A stretch of DNA of 64,000 nt. Origin: Clostridiales bacterium. GTDB taxonomy: Bacteria; Bacillota; Clostridia; Christensenellales; CAG-138. The DNA is taken from assembly GCA_009779405.1 (NCBI GenBank), contig WREI01000003.1:6552-70551 (forward strand), given 5' to 3'. The notes beneath the pieces were generated by a model, which was not told the origin of the DNA, made no database searches, and worked only from the letters and a program-made list of their open reading frames with translations. The first letter of the stretch is position 1. Every line of letters begins with the position of its first letter. A program made the translations under genes and the position numbers. Below, piece after piece: positions 9,612 through 17,860 of the stretch.

Positions 9612-10490
9612 ATGCGCATTGCGATTATCGGATGCAAGGGGCAATTGGGTTCCGCACTGATTAAGCTCTTGCGGGAGGGCAACTGCCGTTTGGGAACCTT
9701 GCCCGAAGTGTATACCAACGCGGAACTGTCCTGCGCGGATCTGCCCGAACTGGATATCACAGACGCCGCGCAAGTCTCTGCTTTCGCACAGGCAGCGCGC
9801 CCCCATCTGCTGATCAACTGCGCGGCCTATACGGCGGTGGATGTGGCGGAGAGTAACGAGAACACCGCCTATGCCATCAACGCCACGGCGGTCGAAAACC
9901 TCGCCCGCGCGGCGCAGACAGTGGGCGCTAAGTTCGTGCATATCTCCACCGACTATGTGTTTGACGGCAGGGGAGACAGGCCCTACACCGAAGCGGATAC
10001 CCCAAACCCACAAACCGCGTACGGCCGCGGCAAGATAGCGGGGGAGGGACTGGTGTTCTCGGCATGTGATAAAGCGTTTGTCCTACGCACCGCGTGGCTC
10101 TACGGGGAGACGGGCAGCAATTTTGTCAAAACCATGCTGAAAAAAGGGCGCGAATTGGGCGCGTTGCGCGTGGTTTCGGATCAGCACGGTTGTCCCACCA
10201 ACGCCGCGGATCTGGCCTTTTTCCTCCTGCTGCTGGCAGCGACGGAGAACTATGGACTCTATCACTGCACGGGTGCTGGCGAGACCACATGGTACGATTT
10301 TGCGCGGGAGATACTGCGCCTTGGCAAAGTTGCGGCAACACTCACACCCTGCACCACGGCGGAATACAGGACAGCCGCCGCGCGTCCCGCATATTCCGCC
10401 TTGGATTGCGGGAAATTGGAAAAAACACTGGATCGGCGCATGCCCTGCTGGAAAGAAGCGTTGGCGGCATTCCTGCAAATGAATCAATAA
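9612..10490 (+). CDS. rfbD: dTDP-4-dehydrorhamnose reductase
   Basis: N-terminus MRIAIIGCKGQLGSAL, then NCAAYTAVD, HISTDYVFDG and YGRGK (YxxxK). No rfbA, rfbB or rfbC gene is adjacent. Confidence 0.8.
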   Translation: MRIAIIGCKGQLGSALIKLLREGNCRLGTLPEVYTNAELSCADLPELDITDAAQVSAFAQAARPHLLINCAAYTAVDVAESNENTAYAINATAVENLARAAQTVGAKFVHISTDYVFDGRGDRPYTEADTPNPQTAYGRGKIAGEGLVFSACDKAFVLRTAWLYGETGSNFVKTMLKKGRELGALRVVSDQHGCPTNAADLAFFLLLLAATENYGLYHCTGAGETTWYDFAREILRLGKVAATLTPCTTAEYRTAAARPAYSALDCGKLEKTLDRRMPCWKEALAAFLQMNQ

Positions 10491-10505
10491 CAGGAGGAAA
10501 CAACC

Positions 10506-11222
10506 ATGATCAAACTCGCACTGATTATCTTTTTTGTCGTCATCGGCTTCGCGCTCTTGATTGAGCTTGCCGTTTGGATTTGCCAGGCGATAGGCATGCA
10601 GGCCATCGCGAAACGGCGCGGCGTCAAGGGACATGCCGCGGTTTGGGATATCGTCTTCGGCGTCGGACAGGCCTATGTTGCGGGCGCCATCGCGGACGAT
10701 TACAGCCGCCGCGTGGAGGGAAAGGAGACCGCGCGCCGCAAACTGCTGCTGGGTCTCGGCATTCCCATCATCATCTTGACCCTCGCCATTTCCGTTCTTG
10801 GCTTTGGCATGGTCGTGAACAGCGTCGATATCGTGCATGAGGAAGCCTGCATTTGTGACATAGACGATGATTGGCACATCGATATCTGCGACGATATGTT
10901 TCTCATTGATAACGGCGGGCAGTTGTCTGTGCACAATTCCCTGGGCAGTATGAGTCTCCGCAGTCTCCCCGATGTTGTGGCCAACATTGTGATATGCAGC
11001 CTTGTCATCACTCTCCTGACCGCACTGCTGATGCCGCTGGTCATCGTATTTACTGTGTTCTACTATATCTCGCTGTATAAACTCTATAAATCCTGCGACG
11101 CCAAAAACGCGGCGCTCTATATCGTGTTGAGCATTTTCATTCCCATCTGCGTCCCCATTTTTCTGCTTATGCTGCGCGGCAAAGATGATCCGAGTCTCGC
11201 GGCACTGACACCCGATCCCTAA
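10506..11222 (+). CDS. Multi-pass membrane protein of unknown function (paralog A)
   Basis: GGAGGA RBS. Several hydrophobic helices. It shares N- and C-terminal blocks with the next gene (AIAKRRG..H.A.WDI.FG.G.AYV.GAI.DDYSRR; LYKLYKSCD.KNA). Confidence 0.6.
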   Translation: MIKLALIIFFVVIGFALLIELAVWICQAIGMQAIAKRRGVKGHAAVWDIVFGVGQAYVAGAIADDYSRRVEGKETARRKLLLGLGIPIIILTLAISVLGFGMVVNSVDIVHEEACICDIDDDWHIDICDDMFLIDNGGQLSVHNSLGSMSLRSLPDVVANIVICSLVITLLTALLMPLVIVFTVFYYISLYKLYKSCDAKNAALYIVLSIFIPICVPIFLLMLRGKDDPSLAALTPDP

Positions 11223-11239
11223 AAAAACAGGAGGTAAAA

Positions 11240-11842
11240 ATGGAATACTACTCCATATACATCATCATTTATGCGATCTGCATTGGCTACTCGTTCCTTC
11301 TATCCCTCGCTATCGGGGTCTGCAAGGCCGTGGGCTTCCAGAGCATCGCCAAGCGGCGCGGCATCGAACAGCATGCCGTGGCTTGGGATATCCTTTTCGG
11401 CATAGGTCCGGCCTATGTGCTCGGCGCGATTTCGGACGACTATTCCCGACGCATGGGTGAGCGGGAAACGAATCATCGCAAGTGGCTGCTGGGTCTCTCC
11501 GTTGCGGCAAACGTGGTGGCGACTGCGATGCTGCTGCTTTCGCTTATTCTGATGAGCAGAGTATTAAGCTCTCTCCGTTTCAACATTCCCTTTGCTGTCT
11601 CGTCCCTCATAATAATATTTGTCGGCACTTACCTCGTGCTCCTTCCGCTGGTGGTTGCGCAAAGTGTCTTCTTTTACATTGCTCTGTATAAGCTGTACAA
11701 ATCCTGTGACTCGAAAAACGCGCTGCTCTATCTGCTGCTGAGCATTTTTGTATCCGTCTGCATGCCTGTTTTCCTGCTTATACTGCGCAACAAAGATGAC
11801 AAGCGCCTTACGGCACCGGACGAATGCACATTAAATGCGTAA
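11240..11842 (+). CDS. Multi-pass membrane protein of unknown function (paralog B)
   Basis: AGGAGG RBS. It is a tandem paralog of 10506-11222 but lacks that gene's acidic, Cys-containing insert. Confidence 0.6.
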   Translation: MEYYSIYIIIYAICIGYSFLLSLAIGVCKAVGFQSIAKRRGIEQHAVAWDILFGIGPAYVLGAISDDYSRRMGERETNHRKWLLGLSVAANVVATAMLLLSLILMSRVLSSLRFNIPFAVSSLIIIFVGTYLVLLPLVVAQSVFFYIALYKLYKSCDSKNALLYLLLSIFVSVCMPVFLLILRNKDDKRLTAPDECTLNA

Positions 11843-11867
11843 TTAGAAAAAACTTCGCGCGTTATTC

Positions 11868-11896
11868 TTGCGTACAAGCTATGTTTTTAGTATACT
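11868..11896 (+). promoter_or_regulatory. Sigma-A-type promoter for the dockerin-protein genes
   Basis: TTGCGT (11868-11873), a 17-nt spacer, then TATACT (11891-11896). Confidence 0.4.
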
Positions 11897-11926
11897 GATA
11901 AAGGTATAGTTTAAGGGAGGTTACAT

Positions 11927-13084
11927 ATGAGAAAAGTACTTGTTACTATTTTGACCGCGGTACTCTGCATCGCGTTCGCGTCGTTTTCATTTGCCGCGCT
12001 TTCGCCTGCGTTTACGGACGATCCCATCCCCGGCATAATGGGAGATGCTAACGGCGACGGAGGCATAGGCGCAGCGGATGCCGCCGCGGTGCTGCGCATT
12101 CTGGCTGGTCTGTCAGTCGCGGATGAGGTGACGAAGGTGCTGGGCGATGTCAACCACGACAACCAGCTCACCGCTGCGGACGCGGCACAGATACTGCGCT
12201 ATTTGGCCGGTCTGTCGAGTTCGGTAGAAAGCGTAATTGAAAAGCGGGTCGGAGACCTGTCCTTTATCGCGGAAGACAATGAGGCAACGCTCACAATCTA
12301 TCACAGCGACTGCCCGGTCGTCTTTGTACCCCGCGCCATGGAGGGGCATCGTGTCACCGCGCTGGCGGCGGACCTGTTTGCAGGCGTGGATATCGAGATC
12401 ATCGTTTTCTTTGACGGACCGCCGGAGGGCATTGGCGGCGCCGGTCTCGGCGACGCGGAAATCCTTGTCCCGGCCGAGTTCATGGAGGATTGGGATCCGA
12501 TTGCCGTGTCCGAGCTTGTAGACATTCCCGTCTACTTCACCGTCTCCGCCCCGGATACGGTCTATAACGGCGTTGCACAACCCATCGTCGTCACACCCTC
12601 CATCGATGTTGCCTACGCAGTCAGCTATGAGCGGAACAGCAGCCCGGAGGCATCACCCATCAATGCAGGCGCATATACTTATACCATCACCATAACGGAA
12701 CCGGGCTATGTTGCCGTCGGCAACATTGCGGGCGGTTTCAATATGGATAGGGCGACGATCGATATGAGCGGTGTCAGCTTTGTAGATAAGGAAGTGAAAG
12801 TTGCGGAAAAGCCGGACAATCAACCCGTACCGATCTTTATAACCATTACGGGCGCTTTGCCTGAGGGAGTTATCGGCGAAAGTTATTGGTATAAATTTGA
12901 TCCCAAAATTCCGGGGGCTGATTGGGAACCTTTCTTGGGCGAAAAAAGAGGCGGAAAACACCTCGTTAAAGCGGTGTTCACCGTGGACACGGAGAACTAC
13001 TATCCCGTCGCGGATATGTTTGCAACACTGACACTGGATGACGGCTATAGTGAATGGAACGGCAAGGGGAATCAAAATTCTTAG
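11927..13084 (+). CDS. Secreted protein with an N-terminal type I dockerin pair and an MBG-like domain
   Basis: A signal peptide is followed by GDANGDGGIGAADAAAVLRILAG and GDVNHDNQLTAADAAQILRYLAG (two dockerin Ca-binding segments). Later, YNGVAQP...INAGAYTYTITI looks MBG-like. Confidence 0.6.
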   Translation: MRKVLVTILTAVLCIAFASFSFAALSPAFTDDPIPGIMGDANGDGGIGAADAAAVLRILAGLSVADEVTKVLGDVNHDNQLTAADAAQILRYLAGLSSSVESVIEKRVGDLSFIAEDNEATLTIYHSDCPVVFVPRAMEGHRVTALAADLFAGVDIEIIVFFDGPPEGIGGAGLGDAEILVPAEFMEDWDPIAVSELVDIPVYFTVSAPDTVYNGVAQPIVVTPSIDVAYAVSYERNSSPEASPINAGAYTYTITITEPGYVAVGNIAGGFNMDRATIDMSGVSFVDKEVKVAEKPDNQPVPIFITITGALPEGVIGESYWYKFDPKIPGADWEPFLGEKRGGKHLVKAVFTVDTENYYPVADMFATLTLDDGYSEWNGKGNQNS

Positions 13085-13092
13085 GAGCAAAA

Positions 13093-15045
13093 TTGCGTAG
13101 GCTATTACTGACAATCTCAATCGCAATCATCGGGACAACGTTCGCGTTCGCCCCGATTGCGCACGCCGCCGAAACGTTCACCTTGGGCGATGCGGACGGC
13201 AACGGCGTGGTCAACGCCGCGGACGCGGATTACATAATCAATTTCATCCAATCCGGAAAAGAGCCGACGACGGAATTCCTCTGCCGCGCGGATGTGGACG
13301 GTGACGGGCGCATTACCTCTGCCGATGCCGAATGGATATACCGCTATCTTGCGGGTACGCCCTTTCCGCAGCGCGAAGCGTATATAACCATACTCATCAC
13401 GGGAAATCTGCGCGGCGCGATTTTGGAAACCGATCCCGTCACGGGCAGCGCGCGGCAAGCTTCGTTTATGCGTCTCTTTCCCATGGTGGAACGCTATCGC
13501 GCCCAGGGCAAACTGCTGCTGCTGGATGCGGGCAGCAGCTTGTTTGGCAGTGCGGAGACGCAGGCCTTTCGGCATCTCTACGGAAACAGGGACGCGCTTC
13601 CCGGTACGGAAATATTCAAGAAGCTTCAATACGACGCGATATTTTTGAGCGCGGCGGATTTTGCGCAAGGTCTGTCCGCTCTGCGCGTACAGCTCGATGC
13701 GCTGAAAAGTGTGGAACCGAGCGTGCAGGTAAACGAGGAGGAGGAAGCGCCGCATCCCGTTCCGGCGGTTTGCGCGAATTTTGTGAAAGTGGATCCGACC
13801 AGCGCGGACAAGGCGCATACGCCCTGGAACCGGAACCTCGCGTATTTTTCGCATACCATGGTCGTGCGGGGGAGACCGGTTCCCATTGCCGCCATAGGTC
13901 TGGCCGCCGCGGAAGGGCTTGCCGCCGCCGATATGGTCGGGGTCCTGGGCGCAAGCACGGAGCGGATGGTAGACGTCTTTCAATTTTACCAACGCGAACT
14001 GCGCGCAAATTATGAATACACCATCGCAATAGTGAACGCTCCCATGGAGGCCGATGAAGCAACGGGCCGGGACGAGGAGAACAGCGTGCGCTTCTTTGCG
14101 GAAAATACCTCGGGGATACAACTGATCGTTTGCGCGCAGGGAGAATTTTCAGGCGTCAGAACCTTCACAAACGCGGCAGGGCGCCCCGTGCTCGTCACCA
14201 CGCTTGGGAGCGATGGCAGCAATGCGCTGGTGCTGGATCTCGTTTGGGATTCGGAAAATGAACGCATGGACAGCTGGATTCATACGGAACCCCTGCCGAG
14301 TGCGGCCACGCCTGCGGGAGCCTATGCCTATGCGGCGGAGATTTTGCAGGAAGCGGAGGATTTGTTCGCGAGTCGACTTTCAGCCGTCCCCGCGCCGATT
14401 GCGCGCATGGAGGATGCGCGGGAGGATTCGGATTGGATGCGTTTCGTGCACGACGCGCATATTTGGAACGTCTTGAAATGGGGCAAGGCCACAAAGGCCG
14501 ATTTGCCCGTACATATACTCTCCCTTTCCTATCCCTATCTGCAGATTCCCGAGGAAATGGCCCACTTTTCGGGGCGGGCCTCCCTGCGCGACATATTGCA
14601 ATGTATACAGGATGAACCCTCTTTCTCGCTGGTTCTGCTCTCCGGCGCAGAGTTGCGCGCATACTTGCAGGATTTGGCAAATAATATCCGCGAAGCTGAG
14701 CCCGTCTACTCCCTGCGCGGCATCAACTATACGCTCGACCCCAGCGCCGCCTATGGCAGCACGATTACCAGACTCAGCTATCCCGACGGAACGCCCGTGC
14801 GGGACGGCGATACCCTCGCGGTCTTTGTCGCGGAAGCGGGGGAGCGGGGCAGCCAACTGTCTCCCTACTTTGATTCCGAGTGGCTCTCCGCGGAATACCG
14901 CTTTCTCTATTTTTCCTTCGTCGTTCCCAATGGGTTCACCGTGCCGGGGGGCTATGCCGCCGCCGCGCCGCTGGTATATTTCCTGGGACAAATGACAGTT
15001 CCGCCTATAGCCGACAACGGAGAGTGGAAGATCATCAATAGATAG
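13093..15045 (+). CDS. Secreted N-terminal-dockerin protein fused to a degenerate metallophosphatase/5'-nucleotidase-like domain
   Basis: A TTG start at 13093 lies 5 nt after AGGAG and is in frame with the 13054 ORF. The signal peptide is LLLTISIAIIGTTFAFAPIAHA. Dockerin segments are GDADGNGVVNAADADYII and ADVDGDGRITSADAEWIYRYLAG. The segments ITILITGNLRG, LLLDAGSSLFGS and YDAIFLSAADFAQG align to 5'-nucleotidase motifs but have lost the metal ligands. Confidence 0.55.
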   Translation: MRRLLLTISIAIIGTTFAFAPIAHAAETFTLGDADGNGVVNAADADYIINFIQSGKEPTTEFLCRADVDGDGRITSADAEWIYRYLAGTPFPQREAYITILITGNLRGAILETDPVTGSARQASFMRLFPMVERYRAQGKLLLLDAGSSLFGSAETQAFRHLYGNRDALPGTEIFKKLQYDAIFLSAADFAQGLSALRVQLDALKSVEPSVQVNEEEEAPHPVPAVCANFVKVDPTSADKAHTPWNRNLAYFSHTMVVRGRPVPIAAIGLAAAEGLAAADMVGVLGASTERMVDVFQFYQRELRANYEYTIAIVNAPMEADEATGRDEENSVRFFAENTSGIQLIVCAQGEFSGVRTFTNAAGRPVLVTTLGSDGSNALVLDLVWDSENERMDSWIHTEPLPSAATPAGAYAYAAEILQEAEDLFASRLSAVPAPIARMEDAREDSDWMRFVHDAHIWNVLKWGKATKADLPVHILSLSYPYLQIPEEMAHFSGRASLRDILQCIQDEPSFSLVLLSGAELRAYLQDLANNIREAEPVYSLRGINYTLDPSAAYGSTITRLSYPDGTPVRDGDTLAVFVAEAGERGSQLSPYFDSEWLSAEYRFLYFSFVVPNGFTVPGGYAAAAPLVYFLGQMTVPPIADNGEWKIINR

Positions 15046-15913
15046 TATGCAGGATTTCAGATATCTTCGCCCCTGCCCCCAAACGCCCCAACCCCAAAAG
15101 AATCGCGTTCTCGTCCAACTCGCCGATCTTTCGCATACGCCCGTCTATCACGAGCACGCGGTTATAGCAATGCGGCCGCATTTCACGCAGGAGTTCCCGC
15201 GCCTGCGTTTTTTCATGTGCGGCAATCGTATGCACGCGCAGCGCTTCGCCCCGTGCCAGCGTTTCGCCGCGCCGCGCCATTGCCGCCAATTGCGCGTGGG
15301 GCAGCTGCACAAACTCCTTGGCCGCCGCCAGCAGCAGAAAGGCGGACACCATATATAGCTGCCAAAGATGCGTTCCCGCCGCGCTCTGCCAAACGCAGAC
15401 GGCCAGCAGCGCCGCGCCCAAGACCAGGCCCAACGCCGCCGCAATCCCCGCCGCCGTCCGCGGACGCAAATGTCGGGACAGCAGGCAGCGCAAGAGCCGC
15501 CCTCCGTCCGCCGGATAGGCGGGCAGCAGGTTGAATATGCCGAGGAACAGATTGTATTGCACAAAGGGCAATAGCGCGCTCTCCAATGTGGGAAAGATGT
15601 GCAGCAGCAGGGTCGTCAGTCCCGCCGCCGTAAAGCTGCACAGCGGCCCCATCAGCACATAGACCGCTTCGGCCTGCGGCAGTGCGGCATAGGTATCGAT
15701 ACTCGCTTCCGCGCCAAAGGGCAGCAGGGTGACGGCATACACGGGCAGGCCCATGCGCGCGGCGCAAACTGCGTGCGCCCCTTCATGCAGGAGCAGGGCC
15801 AAGAGGGGGAGCGGGAGCATACCCAGTCGCCCCGTCACGGCGAGAAACAGGATCACCAAAAAAAGACCGGGATGCACGCGCAGCTCGGTCTTGCCAAGGC
15901 AAAATAACAGCAT
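15035..15913 (-). CDS. spoIVFB: Site-2 (M50) intramembrane metalloprotease, SpoIVFB-like
   Basis: LLHEGAHAV (HExxH) and NLLPAYPADGG motifs, with a C-terminal CBS-like region. 292 aa. It lies directly downstream of a degenerate LytM protein. Confidence 0.65.
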   Translation of the reverse strand: MLLFCLGKTELRVHPGLFLVILFLAVTGRLGMLPLPLLALLLHEGAHAVCAARMGLPVYAVTLLPFGAEASIDTYAALPQAEAVYVLMGPLCSFTAAGLTTLLLHIFPTLESALLPFVQYNLFLGIFNLLPAYPADGGRLLRCLLSRHLRPRTAAGIAAALGLVLGAALLAVCVWQSAAGTHLWQLYMVSAFLLLAAAKEFVQLPHAQLAAMARRGETLARGEALRVHTIAAHEKTQARELLREMRPHCYNRVLVIDGRMRKIGELDENAILLGLGRLGAGAKISEILHTIY

Positions 15914-15915
15914 GC

Positions 15916-16584
15916 TTAATCGCCTATGGACAGCAAGATATAGTCCTGCGGGTTCTGCGGCGCGCCGTTTTTCAGTACCTGCACATAGATGCTGTGTCCC
16001 GCTTCCACCGTACCCAACGCGTCATACTGTTGCACTACCTGCCCCTGTTTCACGGTCACCTCGAGTAATCCGTAATAGATGGTCTCTACCCCGTCGGCAT
16101 GGGTCAGCCGCACATAGCGCCCCAACAGGGAGTCTTCGCTGATGCTGAGCACCTGACCCGCCGCACAGGCCGCAACGACATTGCCCGCCGCCGTGAAGCG
16201 TACGGTGCCGCGCTCGGCCAAAAGTTCCATGTCCGCGCTCTGCACGGGCGCCCTCCATTTCTGCGGCGCGGCTAGGGTCGTGTCGTGGCTGGCGTCCACA
16301 AAATGCAGCGCGCCCAAATCTTCCCCCTCCTGCGTTTCGCCCGACTGCGCGGAGACCTCCCGGGCATCCTGTCCGGGCTCGCCGCGCCCCGCAAAACTGC
16401 GCAGGGCCAGCGCAAGCAGCAGCGCCACCCCGCAGAGCCCTATCTTCACAAACATGCTTTCCCCGCGGCTCGGCGCGTCTTTCTTTTTCTCGGCAACCGG
16501 CTCCGCGAGCTCCGTAACAACGACCGTCGTCTCCGGTTCCCGCCGCGCGCTGCTCTCGGTTATCTTAATCCCCTTAATATCCAT
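15916..16584 (-). CDS. Membrane-anchored degenerate LytM/M23-domain protein (SpoIVFA-like)
   Basis: The start is placed at MDIKGIK (16584). It has one TM helix. The C-terminal LytM fold (GRYVRLTHADGVETIYYGL...GHSIYVQVLKNG) lacks the HxH catalytic motif. Confidence 0.55.
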   Translation of the reverse strand: MDIKGIKITESSARREPETTVVVTELAEPVAEKKKDAPSRGESMFVKIGLCGVALLLALALRSFAGRGEPGQDAREVSAQSGETQEGEDLGALHFVDASHDTTLAAPQKWRAPVQSADMELLAERGTVRFTAAGNVVAACAAGQVLSISEDSLLGRYVRLTHADGVETIYYGLLEVTVKQGQVVQQYDALGTVEAGHSIYVQVLKNGAPQNPQDYILLSIGD

Positions 16585-16666
16585 ATAGAAAAACCCTCCG
16601 TTGCCGCATTGTATGCGGGCGGAGGGCAGGTTTATGTGCAATATCCTATCGAAATTAGAAGATAAC

Positions 16667-17815
16667 CTAATTCCAGTACACCTGATACTTCTCCACATTT
16701 TTCTGATGCTCCGACTCTGTTTTGGAGAAAATCAGGGCGAGGGACTCGGCGGGATTGCCGTTGCAGAAGAACAGATATTTATCCTTGATAAAGTCCTGAT
16801 CGGGGTAGAGCGCCGCGCGGATGGCGCGCAGGCCGGGGTTGCTGATGGGGCCAAGGGGCAGGCCCTTGTTGCGGTAGGTATTATAGAGCGAAACGGTGTC
16901 CATCTCGTCCCTTGTGAACGTAAATTTGTTCACGCCCAACGCATAGGACAGCGTGGCACAGCTCTGCAGGGCCATGCCGTCATCGAGACGGTTGTGGAAC
17001 ACGGCGGAAACGCGCGGGAAGTCCTCGGGTACGGCCGCTTCGCGCTCGATGATGGAGGCCAGCACCATCACCTGGTTGCGCGAAAGTCCCAACTCCTCCG
17101 CTCGCTCCACGAATTCATCCGTGTATTGCGTATAATAACGGGTCAGCATTTTGAGGATGATATCCTCCGCGCCGCCCTCCGTATATACCTCATAGGTGTC
17201 GGGGAAAAGATAGCCCTCGAGCAGATATTTCCGTCCCTCCGGCGCGCCCAAATCCTTGATAAAGGCGTAATGGGAAAAGAGACTGGCATCGTTGCAGAGC
17301 CGCAGGAAGTCTATTTCCTCTTCAATCAGCCCCTGCTTTTTCAGCTCGGCGGCGATATCTTCGCAATTATAGCCCTCCGGTATGACAAAGCGCGTGGTAT
17401 GCTGGGGCGGCGCGCCCTCGCAGAGTATATCCACAATCTCCGCGATATTCATGTTTTTGGAGAGGATATAGGTACCGGCCCGCAGGCTGTTCGCCTTGCC
17501 GACAAAGTCCACATAGACCTTAAACGACGCGGTGGAAACGATCAGCCCCTCGTTGCCCTCGCCGCAGGCGTTATACAAGAGCGAAGCGACGGAGCTGGCC
17601 GAAGCGCCGTTCGGGATCACCACTTCAATGGGCGTGGCGTCGTTTGTGTTGACCGCGCCGATAAAGTGCGAATGCACATATTCCACGGCGAACAAGATGA
17701 CAAGAAAAACCACCACCGCGCTCAACACAAAGGTTACCACCGGTCGCAACGCTTTCCATATTTTTTTGCCGCGCTGGCTCTTTTTGCGGTCGCGCGGTTT
17801 ATGCATCAATCCCAT
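16667..17815 (-). CDS. mltG: Endolytic murein transglycosylase MltG (YceG-like)
   Basis: It has a basic N-terminal tail plus one TM helix, followed by a YceG-like domain. 382 aa. Confidence 0.8.
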   Translation of the reverse strand: MGLMHKPRDRKKSQRGKKIWKALRPVVTFVLSAVVVFLVILFAVEYVHSHFIGAVNTNDATPIEVVIPNGASASSVASLLYNACGEGNEGLIVSTASFKVYVDFVGKANSLRAGTYILSKNMNIAEIVDILCEGAPPQHTTRFVIPEGYNCEDIAAELKKQGLIEEEIDFLRLCNDASLFSHYAFIKDLGAPEGRKYLLEGYLFPDTYEVYTEGGAEDIILKMLTRYYTQYTDEFVERAEELGLSRNQVMVLASIIEREAAVPEDFPRVSAVFHNRLDDGMALQSCATLSYALGVNKFTFTRDEMDTVSLYNTYRNKGLPLGPISNPGLRAIRAALYPDQDFIKDKYLFFCNGNPAESLALIFSKTESEHQKNVEKYQVYWN

Positions 17816-17860
17816 AAGTGAATTATAGCAGAATGCAGTGGAAAGTCAAACGGGAGAAAA

